Assembly (NCBI GenBank): GCA_964481895.1
Contig: CAYZUL010000005.1
Coordinates: 942 to 64,941, forward strand
DNA length: 64,000 nucleotides
Origin: an uncultured Nitrospirota bacterium
Lineage (GTDB): Bacteria > Nitrospirota > Nitrospiria > JACRHA01
Direction of reading: 5' to 3'
How positions within the stretch are numbered: position 1 is the stretch's first letter; each line of letters begins with the position of its first letter. This document shows positions 28,442 through 39,596 of this stretch, piece by piece. The position numbers were made by a program, and so were the translations under genes. The notes below the pieces were generated by a model. It was not told the DNA's origin, made no database searches, and saw only the letters and a program-made list of their open reading frames with translations.

Positions 28442-29608
28442 ATGGAGTCGAGGCCAGATCCTATGGATTTTGAACTCACCGAGGAACAAAAACTATTACA
28501 GAAGACAATAAGGGATTTTGCAGGGGACAAGGTAGCACTTGACGCTAGGGAGAGGGATGAGAAATCGATATTCCCCTCTGATATAATTAGGGAGCTTGCA
28601 GGTCTTGGTATCATGGGGGCAATTATCCCGTCTGAATATGGCGGATCGGGACTTGACTACATTAGTTATGCAATCATCATCGAAGAGATTGCAAGGATAG
28701 ACGCATCGGTTGCGATCATAATATCCTCACATAATTCACTCTGCACAAACCATATATACACATTCGGAACAGAAGAACAACGCAAAAGATATGTCATCCC
28801 CCTGGCAAAGGGGGAGAAGCTTGGCTGCTGGGCGAATACCGAACCCGGGGCCGGGAGCGATGCCGGAGGTATAGAAACCACAGCAACATTAAAGAACGGT
28901 GAGTGGATCCTTAAGGGGACAAAGCTATTCGCGACACAAGGTTCTGTTGCCGATGTTATTGTAATCATGGCTGTAACAGACCCCTCGAAGGGGAGCAAGG
29001 GGATCTCGGCCTTTATAGCGGAAAAGGGGACTCCGGGTCTCCGTCCGGGAAAGAGGGAGGATAAGCTTGGTTTTAGATCGAGCGACACCTCGGAGCTGAT
29101 ATTGGATGATGTAAGGATACCGGACGGAAACCTTCTTGGAAAGGTAAATGAAGGGTTTAAAGATGTAGTAAAGATACTGGAGGGTGGGCGGATAGGGATA
29201 GGTTCTATGGCAGTCGGCATTGCCAGGGGAGCATTTGAAGAGGCGACAAGGTACGCAAAAAAGAGGATGCAGTTCGGAACAAGGATAGCCGAGTTCCAGG
29301 CTATTCAATGGATGCTATCCGATATGGCTACTGGCATTGACGCGGCAAGACTCCTTGTCTATCATGCCGCATTTTTGAAAGATCACGGTGAGAGATGCTC
29401 AAAGGAGGCATCTATGGCCAAGCTCTTTGCCTCTGAGGTGGCGATGAATGCGACAACAAAGGCGATCCAGATCTTTGGCGGCCATGGATATATCAAGGAC
29501 TACCCTGTTGAAAGATACTTCAGGGATGCAAAACTCTGTGAGATAGGGGAGGGGACGTCAGAAATACAAAGGTTGATCATAGCAAGAGAGACACTCGGAA
29601 GGGAATAA
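28442..29608 (+). CDS. Acyl-CoA dehydrogenase (short/branched-chain type)
   Basis: 388 aa; canonical ACAD N-terminus MDFELTEEQ..., the catalytic-base region near the C-terminus ([23 protein letters not shown]) and FAD-binding segments. Confidence 0.85.
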   Translation: MESRPDPMDFELTEEQKLLQKTIRDFAGDKVALDARERDEKSIFPSDIIRELAGLGIMGAIIPSEYGGSGLDYISYAIIIEEIARIDASVAIIISSHNSLCTNHIYTFGTEEQRKRYVIPLAKGEKLGCWANTEPGAGSDAGGIETTATLKNGEWILKGTKLFATQGSVADVIVIMAVTDPSKGSKGISAFIAEKGTPGLRPGKREDKLGFRSSDTSELILDDVRIPDGNLLGKVNEGFKDVVKILEGGRIGIGSMAVGIARGAFEEATRYAKKRMQFGTRIAEFQAIQWMLSDMATGIDAARLLVYHAAFLKDHGERCSKEASMAKLFASEVAMNATTKAIQIFGGHGYIKDYPVERYFRDAKLCEIGEGTSEIQRLIIARETLGRE

Positions 29609-30547
29609 ATGGATCTTGTCGATATGGTCTTAAAAGGTAATACCCGTTCTGTATCAAGGCTGATTAGTCTTGTAGAGGATAATTCCCCAGATGCATACGC
29701 ACTACTTAAGATCCTCTATATGCATACAGGCATGGCATACAGGATAGGTATAACAGGTATGCCGGGAAGCGGAAAGTCTACCATAATAGACAGGATGATT
29801 GAGGGTTTCAGGGAAAGGGGTATCAGCGTCGGGGTAATAGCTGTCGACCCATCGAGTCACATCACATCGGGCAGTCTTCTCGGTGACAGGATAAGGATGC
29901 AGAGGCATGCAATAGACGAGGGAGTCTTTATAAGGAGCATGTCAACGAGGGGACATCTGGGCGGGATAGCAAGGGCAACAAGGGATGTGGTGAATATCCT
30001 GGATGCAGCGGGTAAAGAGACCATAATAGTTGAGACTGTAGGTGTTGGTCAGGACGAGGTGGATATCGCCTCAATCGTTTATACCACTGTGGTTATCCTG
30101 ACCCCTGATTTTGGAGATGAACTTCAGACACTAAAGGCAGGGTTATTTGAGATAGGGGATATATTTGTTATAAACAAGAACGACCTTGGCAGGGCGGATG
30201 AACTTGAGCAAGACATAAATGGGGCCCTTGATATTACAGGCCAAAGGGATGGATGGCGGCCTGTTATTGTTAAGTCCTCTGCCTTAAAAGATGAAGGGAT
30301 CAATGAGATAACAGCCGGGATAGAGAAGCATAAGGCCTATCTATACGAGTCTGACAGGATCTCCCGGAAGAAGGAGGAGATAAGCGAAGGGGAGATCAGG
30401 AATATTTTTGGGGATATTATCCGGGAGAGGGCATTCAAGAAGATCTATAAAAAGGAGATCTTTGGGGAATATCTTAAGATGGCGGCAAAAAGGGAGATCG
30501 ATCCCTACTCTGCCGCGGAAGATATGGTAAAAAAGGCCGGCTTTTAG
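29609..30547 (+). CDS. meaB: Methylmalonyl-CoA mutase-associated G-protein MeaB/ArgK
   Basis: 312 aa; P-loop [12 protein letters not shown] and the typical MeaB sequence; starts immediately after the ACAD stop. Confidence 0.85.
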   Translation: MDLVDMVLKGNTRSVSRLISLVEDNSPDAYALLKILYMHTGMAYRIGITGMPGSGKSTIIDRMIEGFRERGISVGVIAVDPSSHITSGSLLGDRIRMQRHAIDEGVFIRSMSTRGHLGGIARATRDVVNILDAAGKETIIVETVGVGQDEVDIASIVYTTVVILTPDFGDELQTLKAGLFEIGDIFVINKNDLGRADELEQDINGALDITGQRDGWRPVIVKSSALKDEGINEITAGIEKHKAYLYESDRISRKKEEISEGEIRNIFGDIIRERAFKKIYKKEIFGEYLKMAAKREIDPYSAAEDMVKKAGF

Positions 30548-30582
30548 GGGCTGTTTTAGGATACGCAGAAAAAGGAAGGAAT

Positions 30583-32127
30583 ATGTCGGATCAGAAAGAA
30601 AGATTAAAGAGGCTAAAGGAAGAGGCCCTGGATGGGGGAGGAAAAGAGAAGATCAGGCAGCAGCATGAAAAGGGAAAGCTTACTGCAAGGGAAAGGATCG
30701 GGCTGCTCCTTGATGAAGGCTCTTTCCAGGAACTTGACATGCTTAAGACCCACAGATCCCATGAGTTCGGGATGGCGAAAAAGATTATAGCCGGTGATGG
30801 TGTTGTAACCGGATATGGCACCATTAGCGGGACAAAGGTCTGTATATATTCTCAGGATTTTACCGTCTTTGGCGGGGCATTAGGTGAGGCCCACGCAGAA
30901 AAGATTTGCAAGGTAATGGACCTTGCCATGAAGACAGGGGTGCCAATAATAGGCCTCAACGACTCCGGAGGCGCAAGGATACAGGAGGGAGTCATAAGCC
31001 TTGGGGGTTATGCCGAGATTTTTTTAAGAAACACTATGGCCTCAGGGGTTATACCTCAGATCTCTGCTGTTATGGGTCCATGCGCAGGCGGGGCAGTATA
31101 CTCACCTGCCCTTACAGACTTTGTCATTATGGTGGATCATACAAGCCATATGTTCCTGACAGGGCCTGCAGTAGTAAAGGCAATGACAGGAGAGGATGTC
31201 AGTTTCGATAAGCTTGGGGGGGCAGAGGTCCATGGGATGAAATCCGGGGTAGCCCATCTTATTGCAAAAAATGAGAAGGAGGCATTCTACTATATCAGGC
31301 GGCTTTTGAGCTTTATCCCGTCGAATAATACGGAGCAGCCCCATGAAGGGGATTGCAGGGATGACCCCGGCAGGACTGAACTTGCCCTTGACCGGATCAT
31401 CCCGGAAGATCCGAAAAAACCATATGACATGAAGGAGGTTATCAGGCTCATTGCTGATGACGGGGATTTCTTTGAGATACATCCCGGTTTTGCCGGGAAT
31501 ATCATTGTGGGATTTGCAAGGTTAAAGGGGATGAGTGTCGGCATCGTTGCAAACCAACCTCTCTCCCTTGCCGGGAGCCTCGATATTGGTGCATCTGTCA
31601 AGGGCGCAAGGTTTGTAAGATTCTGCGATGCCTTTAATATCCCAATCATCACCTTCGTAGATGTACCCGGTTTTCTTCCCGGGACTGCCCAGGAGCACAA
31701 GGGGATAATCCTGCATGGCGCAAAGCTCCTTTATGCCTTCTGCGAGGCAACAGTGGCAAAGATTACAGTGATTACACGCAAGGCATATGGAGGCGCATAT
31801 GATGTGATGAGCAGCAAACATATAAGGACAGATATAAATTATGCCTGGCCTACAGCAGAGATAGCAGTCATGGGATCTGAGGGTGCGGCCGAGATCATAT
31901 TCAAAAAAGAGATCGAGGCGTCGGAAGACCCAAAGAAGACCCTGACAGAGAAGGTTAGTGATTACCGGGAAAAATTCGCCAATCCCTATATTGCCGCAAA
32001 GATGGGATATATAGACGAGATAATCGAGGCCTCGAATACAAGGCCGAAACTGATATCAGCACTTGAGCTCCTGAAGAATAAGCGAGATTCAAACCCTCCA
32101 AAAAAGCACGGGAATATGCCCCTTTAA
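30583..32127 (+). CDS. pccB: Acyl-CoA carboxylase carboxyltransferase subunit (propionyl-CoA carboxylase beta / methylmalonyl-CoA carboxyltransferase)
   Basis: 514 aa; PccB/MmdA-family sequence throughout ([12 protein letters not shown]..., GGARIQEG, two carboxyltransferase halves). Confidence 0.85.
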   Translation: MSDQKERLKRLKEEALDGGGKEKIRQQHEKGKLTARERIGLLLDEGSFQELDMLKTHRSHEFGMAKKIIAGDGVVTGYGTISGTKVCIYSQDFTVFGGALGEAHAEKICKVMDLAMKTGVPIIGLNDSGGARIQEGVISLGGYAEIFLRNTMASGVIPQISAVMGPCAGGAVYSPALTDFVIMVDHTSHMFLTGPAVVKAMTGEDVSFDKLGGAEVHGMKSGVAHLIAKNEKEAFYYIRRLLSFIPSNNTEQPHEGDCRDDPGRTELALDRIIPEDPKKPYDMKEVIRLIADDGDFFEIHPGFAGNIIVGFARLKGMSVGIVANQPLSLAGSLDIGASVKGARFVRFCDAFNIPIITFVDVPGFLPGTAQEHKGIILHGAKLLYAFCEATVAKITVITRKAYGGAYDVMSSKHIRTDINYAWPTAEIAVMGSEGAAEIIFKKEIEASEDPKKTLTEKVSDYREKFANPYIAAKMGYIDEIIEASNTRPKLISALELLKNKRDSNPPKKHGNMPL

Positions 32128-32136
32128 TTGGAGATA

Positions 32137-32200
32137 TTCGAGGCTGTTGAGCCGGAAAAAAGATAAATCGGAAAGAGAGGAGGAACTAAGGTAAGATCCG
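32137..32200 (+). repeat. 64-nt conserved leader element, copy A (upstream of uspA-A); copy B is at 54452..54515
   Basis: ttcgaggctgTtgagccggaaaaaagataaatcggaaagagaggaGgaactaAggtaaGatccg matches 54452-54515 at 60/64 positions. Both copies are intergenic and lie 5' of stress genes (uspA here, ftsH there). Confidence 0.6.
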
Positions 32201-32261
32201 ACATAAATTAATAACAAATATTTTTGCAACTTAGTGCTAGTTAACGGGGAAGGGGGTTGAT

Positions 32262-32714
32262 ATGAAGGGGCAAAAGAGGAAGTTATTGAGTATCAGGAAG
32301 ATCATGGTCCCTACCGATTTTACAACATATTCAGACCATGCGATTGAATATGCAATCATGGTTGCCAGGAAATTCAAGGCAAAGATGCTGCTTGTCCATG
32401 TGATCGAACCGCTAGCTTATAGTGTAACTGATACTATGCAAGTTTTTGATCATTATACGGCATTAAAGACAGTCGCCAAACCGATCCTGGAAAACCTTCA
32501 AAAGAGGTTGTTAAAAAAAGGCCTTAAGGTAGACAGTATCCTTCTCGATGGGAATCCCTATCTTGAGATAGTCAAAAAATCCCGCGAGGCTGGGGTGGAT
32601 CTGATTATCATGGGGACCCATGGCCGTACGGGCATCGAGCATATCCTTATGGGGAGTGTGGCTGAGCGGGTCGTCCGCCTGGCATCGTGTCCTGTGGTGA
32701 CTGTGAGGGGATGA
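32262..32714 (+). CDS. uspA: Universal stress protein (UspA family), paralog A
   Basis: 150 aa; USP fold motifs (ILVPTDFT..., GTHGRTG...GSVAE); about 80% aa identity to the ORF at 56454..56906. Confidence 0.8.
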   Translation: MKGQKRKLLSIRKIMVPTDFTTYSDHAIEYAIMVARKFKAKMLLVHVIEPLAYSVTDTMQVFDHYTALKTVAKPILENLQKRLLKKGLKVDSILLDGNPYLEIVKKSREAGVDLIIMGTHGRTGIEHILMGSVAERVVRLASCPVVTVRG

Positions 32715-32814
32715 TTAATAGAAGTTCTTTATGGGAGATCCGGTTTGGAAAAAGCAGATAAAAAATTCCCCTTAGTCTTTTGACAAAAAAAGGAGGAAAG
32801 AGTAAGCTAATTTT

Positions 32815-33183
32815 ATGGGGAGCAAGAAACCGTTTTTTCTTTTATTTCTAATCTTATCGTTTTCCATCTGGCTGATCTGCCCATGGAATAATCTATCCCT
32901 GGAGGCCTCATCATACGCTTCAACTCATACAGCCCATGGCCATCCTTCTGCCCACGAGGATGAGTCTCATCATGCCTCTAAAGGCATTGATCATGGCTGC
33001 ACGAACCCATTTTCCTACAGCAAGGAGGATACATCTTCTAAGATCTCATCGTCCTATATCGAAGCCCTGGAGATCGAGTCCTCCACTCATCAGGCAACAA
33101 CTGTCACAATTCAACTCTTCGATCCCCATCCCCCAAAGTTTCTTATCCATTTATACCAGATATATTCAGTCTATCTTCTTTGA
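32815..33183 (+). CDS. Hypothetical small secreted His-rich protein (uncertain)
   Basis: Signal-peptide-like N-terminus then a His/Ser-rich segment (THTAHGHPSAHEDESHHASKGIDH). RBS spacing is poor (18 nt), so this may not be a real gene. Confidence 0.25.
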   Translation: MGSKKPFFLLFLILSFSIWLICPWNNLSLEASSYASTHTAHGHPSAHEDESHHASKGIDHGCTNPFSYSKEDTSSKISSSYIEALEIESSTHQATTVTIQLFDPHPPKFLIHLYQIYSVYLL

Positions 33184-33269
33184 TTTTCATATCTTAATTT
33201 AAGCCTTAGATAATAGAAAGCCTGCTGGAATCTTATTGCAGGATAATTACAAGATATTGAGGATCAGAG

Positions 33270-34364
33270 ATGAACTGCAAAAAATTATTTAAATATTCCA
33301 TAACATCCATTTGTCTGCTCATTTCCATTTTCATCACGACCAATGTAATGGCCCATGAGAAGAGGGATCGTATCTTCTATCTTCCAGGGGAATACAACTT
33401 CGCCTTCTACAATAAACACCCTAAGGTCTATGGCACGGTGGGCGCTGATCACTATATCCACGCCATAGCCTTTGAGATCCTGTTTAGGTATGGGAGTGAG
33501 AATGACCTGCTTGAAAAAGAGATTTATGATAATGCGATTAGAGTCTGGTCTCATCCGCCAAAGTTTGGACTTACCATGGAGCTTATCTCCCCTGAATTCT
33601 CAAAGCTTGTCTGGAAGGCGACTAATATCTTTGACTGGGCAGACGCGCTCCATGAGCAGCTTTACGATATCCTGGCAGATGAGAGGATCAAGGATAAAAA
33701 GAAGGCATATGAGGAGGCTATTGCCTATTACCTTTCAGTGCCTGACCTTGCGCTATCGCCGGAACCGATCCCCATGGATGTTATGGACAACCAGTACTAT
33801 TCCGGCGCCTTCCGTATCAATTACCCCAAATTCAATGCCCTCCTTTGGGCATTTCATTGGCTTGAGCCTGTCTTCTATGAGGGGCTCTTTCTATTCGACG
33901 ACCCTGCTAAAAGGGAAAAGATATTGCAGATGTGGATAGAGGAGAATAATGACTGGTTTAAGAACCCGACCCAGAGGATGCCCCTTATGCGTGATTCTGC
34001 CTTCCAGTGGTCTAAGTTTGCCCCTGCAGCGGCAAACATATTCGACAATGTCCACACCCTGCACGGGATGATAGCCGATATTATGGCCTCCCCGAAGGTA
34101 AATGATAAGCAGGCAGAGATAACCAGGGCTATCAAGCTAATGCAGACACTGCCGGGATCGGATTCTAACAACAGGATGACCAAATTCCTTCCTTTAAGAC
34201 GTGATGGTAGCTACTGGAAGGATACATCTATGATGCAAGAGATGTTGAAGATGGGTCATGACCCGGTGGCCCAGATGCGCCAGGAGATGGAGGAGGAGAT
34301 GAAGAAGATGGAAGAGAATGCAGAAAGGATAAAAAAGATACCATACATTGAAAAAGGAGAATGA
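33270..34364 (+). CDS. Secreted protein of unknown function (Met-rich C-terminal tail)
   Basis: 364 aa with a good RBS (GAGGA, 7-nt spacing) and an N-terminal signal peptide. I recognised no family. The C-terminus reads MMQEMLKMGHD...QMRQEMEEEMKKMEE. It overlaps the next gene (ATGA). Confidence 0.55.
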   Translation: MNCKKLFKYSITSICLLISIFITTNVMAHEKRDRIFYLPGEYNFAFYNKHPKVYGTVGADHYIHAIAFEILFRYGSENDLLEKEIYDNAIRVWSHPPKFGLTMELISPEFSKLVWKATNIFDWADALHEQLYDILADERIKDKKKAYEEAIAYYLSVPDLALSPEPIPMDVMDNQYYSGAFRINYPKFNALLWAFHWLEPVFYEGLFLFDDPAKREKILQMWIEENNDWFKNPTQRMPLMRDSAFQWSKFAPAAANIFDNVHTLHGMIADIMASPKVNDKQAEITRAIKLMQTLPGSDSNNRMTKFLPLRRDGSYWKDTSMMQEMLKMGHDPVAQMRQEMEEEMKKMEENAERIKKIPYIEKGE

Positions 34365-35164
34365 CGATGGGATCGAAGATCTTTACGATTTTACTGATAT
34401 TGCTTACTTGTTGGCCCTTGTCATTATCTGCACAGGTAGATTTCAGGAATTCTGACCGGGGGAGGCCTATATTAATTGAGGATGCGTACCCTATAGAGTA
34501 TTTAGCCTTTGAACTGCAAGGCGGAATTCAATATGAGAGAAGAGAGGGAGAGAATGGGTTAGGTTTTAAGCCTGAGTTCAGGTTTGGGGGCTATAAGAAT
34601 CTACAGATAGGGGTTGAGGCTGACTATAATAGCCTGTGGAATGAAAAAAGCAGATCAGGCATCTCCGATACCATTGTTCATCTCCTCTACAACTTTAATC
34701 AGGAGGGGCTTAATGTCCCCGCCCTGGCGGTCAGGCTTGATGGAGGGTTGCCAACAGGGGGACTTGGAACCGATAATTTTCATGCAAGCGGCGCCGTCCT
34801 GGCAACCAAGACATTAGGATACTTAAGGCTCCATTCAAATCTATCCTATACCCTGGGCCCAACGTCCTCAGAGGGCCAGGGATTGGATATCTCCAGATAT
34901 TTTTATGGTATAGGCTTTGACTATACCTGGCCCTTGAGATTTATCATGATAATGGGGGATGTTGTGGCAAAGAAACCTATTGATGGCGAAAAGGCTGAGG
35001 TAGCACTGGAGTTCGGGACAAGGATGCAGTTCCATCCTAAGTTCGTATTTGATGTTGGGATCGGAACAGGCGCCCTTAGGGAAGATGGAAGCAATGTCAT
35101 TGCCACAGTAGGGCTAACGTACATCTTTGGGGTCAGGAGGGTCTCATTGGGTAGCATAAAATGA
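34361..35164 (+). CDS. Predicted outer-membrane beta-barrel-like protein (family uncertain)
   Basis: 267 aa; signal peptide (LLTCWPLSLSAQ) and alternating hydrophobic beta-strand patterns; translationally coupled to the preceding secreted protein. The C-terminus does not end in an aromatic residue, so the outer-membrane-protein call is tentative. Confidence 0.45.
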   Translation: MTMGSKIFTILLILLTCWPLSLSAQVDFRNSDRGRPILIEDAYPIEYLAFELQGGIQYERREGENGLGFKPEFRFGGYKNLQIGVEADYNSLWNEKSRSGISDTIVHLLYNFNQEGLNVPALAVRLDGGLPTGGLGTDNFHASGAVLATKTLGYLRLHSNLSYTLGPTSSEGQGLDISRYFYGIGFDYTWPLRFIMIMGDVVAKKPIDGEKAEVALEFGTRMQFHPKFVFDVGIGTGALREDGSNVIATVGLTYIFGVRRVSLGSIK

Positions 35165-35262
35165 TGGGCTGTGGCCGGGTTGGATATCGGGTGGTATACT
35201 TGCTTTAGGATTTATAACTATCCTTACTAACCTAAAGATCTGCAAGCAAAAGTGGTGGCTCC

Positions 35263-36393
35263 ATGGACAAAATGGATCAACCTATAGAAATAGTAGGCGC
35301 CGGACCTTCAGGCCTGGTAGCCGCCATTACCCTGGCGCATCATGGGTACAGCGTGGTGGTGTATGAAGAGAGGTCAGATGTGGGACACCGCTTCCATGGG
35401 GATTTTCAGGGACTTGAGAACTGGAGCAGCGAAGAGGATATTACCAACCTCCTCTCCGGGATGGGGATCAAGATCAATTTCTTCTGTCAACCTTATGCGG
35501 AAGGCGATCTGTATGGACCTAATCTTCGAAGGGTTCCTGTCCGATCTCCCTTACCCCTTTTCTATCTCGTCCGCCGGGGTAGCGGGCAAGGGACATTGGA
35601 CTATGGCCTGAAGGCCCAGGCCGTTGAGGCAGGCGTGAAGTTCCTCTTTGGAAGCCGAAAGGAAAAGCTTCCTGACAGAGGGATTATCGCAATCGGCCCA
35701 AAGGTGGCAGATGCGATAGCAAAGGGGATGCTCTTTGAGACCAGACTGCCGGACATGGCAGCGGTCATCTGGGATGACAGCCTGGCACCAAAAGGATACG
35801 CCTATCTCCTGGTACATGAGGGGCACGCTACGCTGGCAACCGTACTATTCAGGTATTATAGAGATGAGCGTTATTATTTTAACCGGACATTGGAGACATT
35901 TCAAAGACTTTATCCCTTTCAGATGAAATCGCCAAGAGAATTTGGCGGTTTCGGGAACTTCTCGATCAGGTCAACAGGATATCATGGAGGAAAACTTTAT
36001 GTAGGAGAGGCAGCCGGGTTCCAGGACGACCTGTTCGGGTTCGGGATGCGCTATGCAATGACCTCCGGCTATTTTGCGGCCCGGTCAATCATCGAGGGTA
36101 TAGACTATGATAAGTTATGGAAGAGAGAACTCCTGTCGCTGCTTAGGGCTTCGACGGTGAATCGCCTTATCTTTGAGTTTATCGGGAATAGGGGCTATAA
36201 ATTTCTGGTTCGAAGGATATCGTATGCCAGAGACGTTAGGGCCTGGATGCAATGGTTTTACCGGCCATCGATCAGTAAGTCTATTTTGTACCCATTTGCA
36301 GCGCTGATGGGGCGGTACCGGTTGCATTTTAAGGATTATAGTTGCAGTCATGAGGATTGTGATTGCGTCTGGTGCCGCTGCCAACGGGAATAG
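35263..36393 (+). CDS. FAD-dependent oxidoreductase (geranylgeranyl-reductase-like) with Cys-rich C-terminus
   Basis: N-terminal dinucleotide-binding motif IVGAGPSGLVAAITLA; C-terminal tail CSHEDCDCVWCRC. Confidence 0.7.
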   Translation: MDKMDQPIEIVGAGPSGLVAAITLAHHGYSVVVYEERSDVGHRFHGDFQGLENWSSEEDITNLLSGMGIKINFFCQPYAEGDLYGPNLRRVPVRSPLPLFYLVRRGSGQGTLDYGLKAQAVEAGVKFLFGSRKEKLPDRGIIAIGPKVADAIAKGMLFETRLPDMAAVIWDDSLAPKGYAYLLVHEGHATLATVLFRYYRDERYYFNRTLETFQRLYPFQMKSPREFGGFGNFSIRSTGYHGGKLYVGEAAGFQDDLFGFGMRYAMTSGYFAARSIIEGIDYDKLWKRELLSLLRASTVNRLIFEFIGNRGYKFLVRRISYARDVRAWMQWFYRPSISKSILYPFAALMGRYRLHFKDYSCSHEDCDCVWCRCQRE

Positions 36394-36421
36394 AAATTTG
36401 AAGAAATATCTTGGGTCTTCT

Positions 36422-37216
36422 ATGGGTTTGCAGGGCAAAGAGATTTCATCAATGAAGGCCGCAGTAAAGGCGTGCCATTTGTGTGGGGCCTCTATTACCG
36501 GTCTCCCCTTTGTCCGCAAAGGGGAGGTCTGCTGTTGCGAAGGGTGCCTCCTTAAGGAAAAAGAATTCCGGGCGATCAAGGCTGAGAGGGACAACGCCTA
36601 TTTAGCCCTGGCAGAGGCCCTGGTGGCGGCCTTGGATACCAGGGAGCATGAGACAGGCCTCCATTCCAAACGTGTTGCCTGTCATACGCTGGTGCTTGCA
36701 AGACGGTTCATAAGTGAGCAAGACATCTTGCGTCAGGTTTACTGGGGCGCGCTGCTGCACGATATAGGCAAGATTGGTATCCCGGATACGATCCTCATGA
36801 AGGAGGGGTCTCTGACTGACAGTGAGTGGATAGAGATGAGGAGGCACCCTGAGATCGGCTACGATATTCTGAAGCCCGTCCCGTTCCTGACCGGGGCAGC
36901 GGAGATGGTAATAACTCATGAAGAGCGGTACGATGGCGCAGGCTATCCTCGCGGCCTTAAAGGGGAGGGCATCCCTTTTGGGGGCCGGCTCTTTGCTGTT
37001 ATTGATGCTCTGGATGCCATGACCTCAGATCGGCCTTACCGGAGGGGTTTGTCCTTTGATACGGCCAAAATGGAGATTCTCCGCATGTCCGGTACCCAGT
37101 TTGATCCAAAGGCAGTGGAAGCCTTCCTTGCGGAAGAGCCTACCCTCCGGGAAATGGTAGACTTAAAGTGCGGGGATGTGCAGCTTGATCCCGGAATATC
37201 TAAGAAGGGAGGATGA
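36422..37216 (+). CDS. HD-GYP domain c-di-GMP phosphodiesterase with N-terminal Cys-cluster (TRASH/YHS-like) domain
   Basis: HD ([12 protein letters not shown]) and GYP ([14 protein letters not shown]) motifs; the N-terminal cluster reads [25 protein letters not shown]. Start set to the internal ATG at 36422 because the track ORF start (36350) overlaps the upstream gene. The stop overlaps the copA start. Confidence 0.7.
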   Translation: MGLQGKEISSMKAAVKACHLCGASITGLPFVRKGEVCCCEGCLLKEKEFRAIKAERDNAYLALAEALVAALDTREHETGLHSKRVACHTLVLARRFISEQDILRQVYWGALLHDIGKIGIPDTILMKEGSLTDSEWIEMRRHPEIGYDILKPVPFLTGAAEMVITHEERYDGAGYPRGLKGEGIPFGGRLFAVIDALDAMTSDRPYRRGLSFDTAKMEILRMSGTQFDPKAVEAFLAEEPTLREMVDLKCGDVQLDPGISKKGG

Positions 37217-39546
37217 TTATGGCCATAGATCCTGTATGCGGCATGACAGTGGATGAGGAAAAGGCAGTGGGCAGGTCCATTCATGAAGGGACTACCTATT
37301 ACTTCTGTTCCACGCAATGTCTTGGCAAGTTTGAGGCCAATCCCTCCGGTTTTACCCTGTCAGCATCGCATTTGGCAAAGGCGAAGGAGGGAATCCATAC
37401 TATGCCGGTAACAGAGGCCAAATCCTCCAGGGGGATGGCCAAGGATCCCATTTGTGGCATGGTGGTCGATAAGGCGACCGCGCTCAAAACAGAGCAGGGC
37501 GGCCGTACCTATTATTTCTGCAGCGTAGGATGCCTGCACACCTTTGAATCCCCTGAGGCTGAGCTTAAGTCAATGCGGAGACGCGTAATGATTGCCCTTA
37601 CAGGGGTCCTTGCCCTGGCAATATTACGGGCCGCCGCCTTCCTGGCGCTGGCGGCCGGAGCCACAATCGTCACCTGGGCGCCCATTCCACAACTCCCCTG
37701 GTTCACATGGGGGATGTGGCTTTTTATCCTGGTAACACCAGTTCAGTTTATCGGTGGCTGGTCTTTCTACGTAGGAACATGGAATGCTATTCGCACCAGG
37801 ACAATTAATATGGACTTCCTGATCGCCCTTGGTACGACCGTTGCTTACATTTATAGCGTGGCCGTAATATTTTTTCCCTGGGTCTTGCCGATCAAGGTTG
37901 AGGAGCGTGATGTCTATTTCGAGGTCTCTGCCGTCATTATTGCTTTTGTACTCCTGGGTAAATACATGGAGGAGATAATCAAGAAACGCTCCTCTGCGGC
38001 CGTTAGAAAGCTCTTGGATTTAAAACCGGCCACGGCCCGGGTGATCCGGAATAATACTGAGATGGAGATTCCTGCGGAGACCCTGATGGTGGATGAGATC
38101 GTTGTTGTGCGCCCTGGGGAGAAGATTCCGACTGATGGGGTCGTCCAGGAAGGGTCCTCCTCAGTGGACGAATCGATGCTGACCGGCGAATCAATGCCAG
38201 TGGAAAAAAGGCCTGGGATAGAGGTAATCGGCGGCACGCTGAACAGGACGGGTATGTTCCGGTTTAGGGCTACCAGGGTGGGGGCAGATACGGCCCTGGC
38301 CCAGATCATTAAAATGGTAGAGGAGGCGCAGGCCAGCAGTGCGCCGATCCAGCGGCTTGCCGATCAGGTTACCGGCTATTTTGTTCCGGCCGTGGTAGGG
38401 GTGGCCTTCCTTTCCTTTGTCATCTGGTGGCTCCTGGGCAATTTTCCCCAAGGTCTCCTCTCCTTTATTGCGGTGCTCATCATATCATGCCCATGTGCCT
38501 TAGGCATTGCCACGCCGGCAGCGCTCATGGTTGGTGTCGGCAAGGGCGCCGAAGGGGGCATCCTAATCCGGGGCGGTGAGGTGTTGGAACGTGCCCAGAA
38601 GCTAACAGCAGTGGTCTTCGACAAGACCGGGACATTAACCCGCGGGGAACCTGATGTTACCGATATTATCCCGTTTTCTGAATTTCCTGAATCTGAAATT
38701 CTAAAGTCTGCTGCTGCCGTTGAGGCAGGCTCGGAGCATCCACTGGGTGAGGCGATTGTCCGAATGGCCAACCACAGGGGACTTGATCTTTCAAAAGTTA
38801 TTGAGTTCGAGGCCCTCCCTGGCCATGGTATCAAGGGGGTGATTGATGGTCATCGAATTCTCTTGGGCAACCGGCGACTGTTCAGAAAAGAAGGTATCGA
38901 ACTTACAAAAGCGGAAGAAATAATGACGCGCCTTGAATCGGAGGGGAAGACCGCCATGCTGGTGGGCCGAGAGGGTAAATTGATTGGCGTCATTGCAGTT
39001 GCTGATACCCTCAAGCCTGAAGCAAAGGAGGCCGTTGCTTCCCTCCGGGACGAAGGGGTAGAAGTCATTCTCCTTACCGGCGATAACCAGCGTACTGCCA
39101 ATGCCATAGCGAAGGAACTCGGGATCAAACTGGTCATTGCCGAAGTCCTGCCGGGCGACAAGGCGCAGGTTGTAAAGGATCTTCAGAGGCAGGGCAAGAT
39201 CGTAGCCATGGTAGGAGATGGCGTTAACGACGCCCCGGCGCTGGCGGCAGCCGATATTGGTATTGCCATAGGCTCCGGTTCAGATGTAGCCAAAGAGACA
39301 GGAGGGATAATTTTAATCAGGAATGATGTGCGTGATGTGGTGTCCGGCATACGCCTCTCCCGCGCCACCATGCGAAAGATCAGACAGAACCTCTTCTGGG
39401 CCTTTATTTATAATAGCGTGTCTATTCCGGTGGCGGCCCTCGGTTTTTTAAACCCGATCATAGCCGCAGCAGCGATGGCTTTAAGTTCGCTCTCCGTGAT
39501 TGTAAACTCGGCGTTATTGAAGCGGTTAAAGTTTTCTGCAATGTGA
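37213..39546 (+). CDS. copA: Copper-translocating P1B-type ATPase with two N-terminal YHS/TRASH domains
   Basis: 777 aa; two YHS motifs (DPVCGMTVD...YYFCSTQC and DPICGMVVD...YYFCSVGC), the CPC transmembrane metal site ([11 protein letters not shown]) and DKTGTLT / GDGVNDAP motifs. Confidence 0.9.
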   Translation: MIMAIDPVCGMTVDEEKAVGRSIHEGTTYYFCSTQCLGKFEANPSGFTLSASHLAKAKEGIHTMPVTEAKSSRGMAKDPICGMVVDKATALKTEQGGRTYYFCSVGCLHTFESPEAELKSMRRRVMIALTGVLALAILRAAAFLALAAGATIVTWAPIPQLPWFTWGMWLFILVTPVQFIGGWSFYVGTWNAIRTRTINMDFLIALGTTVAYIYSVAVIFFPWVLPIKVEERDVYFEVSAVIIAFVLLGKYMEEIIKKRSSAAVRKLLDLKPATARVIRNNTEMEIPAETLMVDEIVVVRPGEKIPTDGVVQEGSSSVDESMLTGESMPVEKRPGIEVIGGTLNRTGMFRFRATRVGADTALAQIIKMVEEAQASSAPIQRLADQVTGYFVPAVVGVAFLSFVIWWLLGNFPQGLLSFIAVLIISCPCALGIATPAALMVGVGKGAEGGILIRGGEVLERAQKLTAVVFDKTGTLTRGEPDVTDIIPFSEFPESEILKSAAAVEAGSEHPLGEAIVRMANHRGLDLSKVIEFEALPGHGIKGVIDGHRILLGNRRLFRKEGIELTKAEEIMTRLESEGKTAMLVGREGKLIGVIAVADTLKPEAKEAVASLRDEGVEVILLTGDNQRTANAIAKELGIKLVIAEVLPGDKAQVVKDLQRQGKIVAMVGDGVNDAPALAAADIGIAIGSGSDVAKETGGIILIRNDVRDVVSGIRLSRATMRKIRQNLFWAFIYNSVSIPVAALGFLNPIIAAAAMALSSLSVIVNSALLKRLKFSAM

Positions 39547-39596
39547 AAATACGTGCCGATTTATACTTTATCTTTCTAAGATGGGGAGGATAGAAA

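Noticed and set aside
32201-32261. CIRCE-like half-site (ttagtgctag) upstream of uspA-A
   Set aside because: Only one degenerate half of the TTAGCACTC-N9-GAGTGCTAA inverted repeat is present, and the copy-B leader lacks it.
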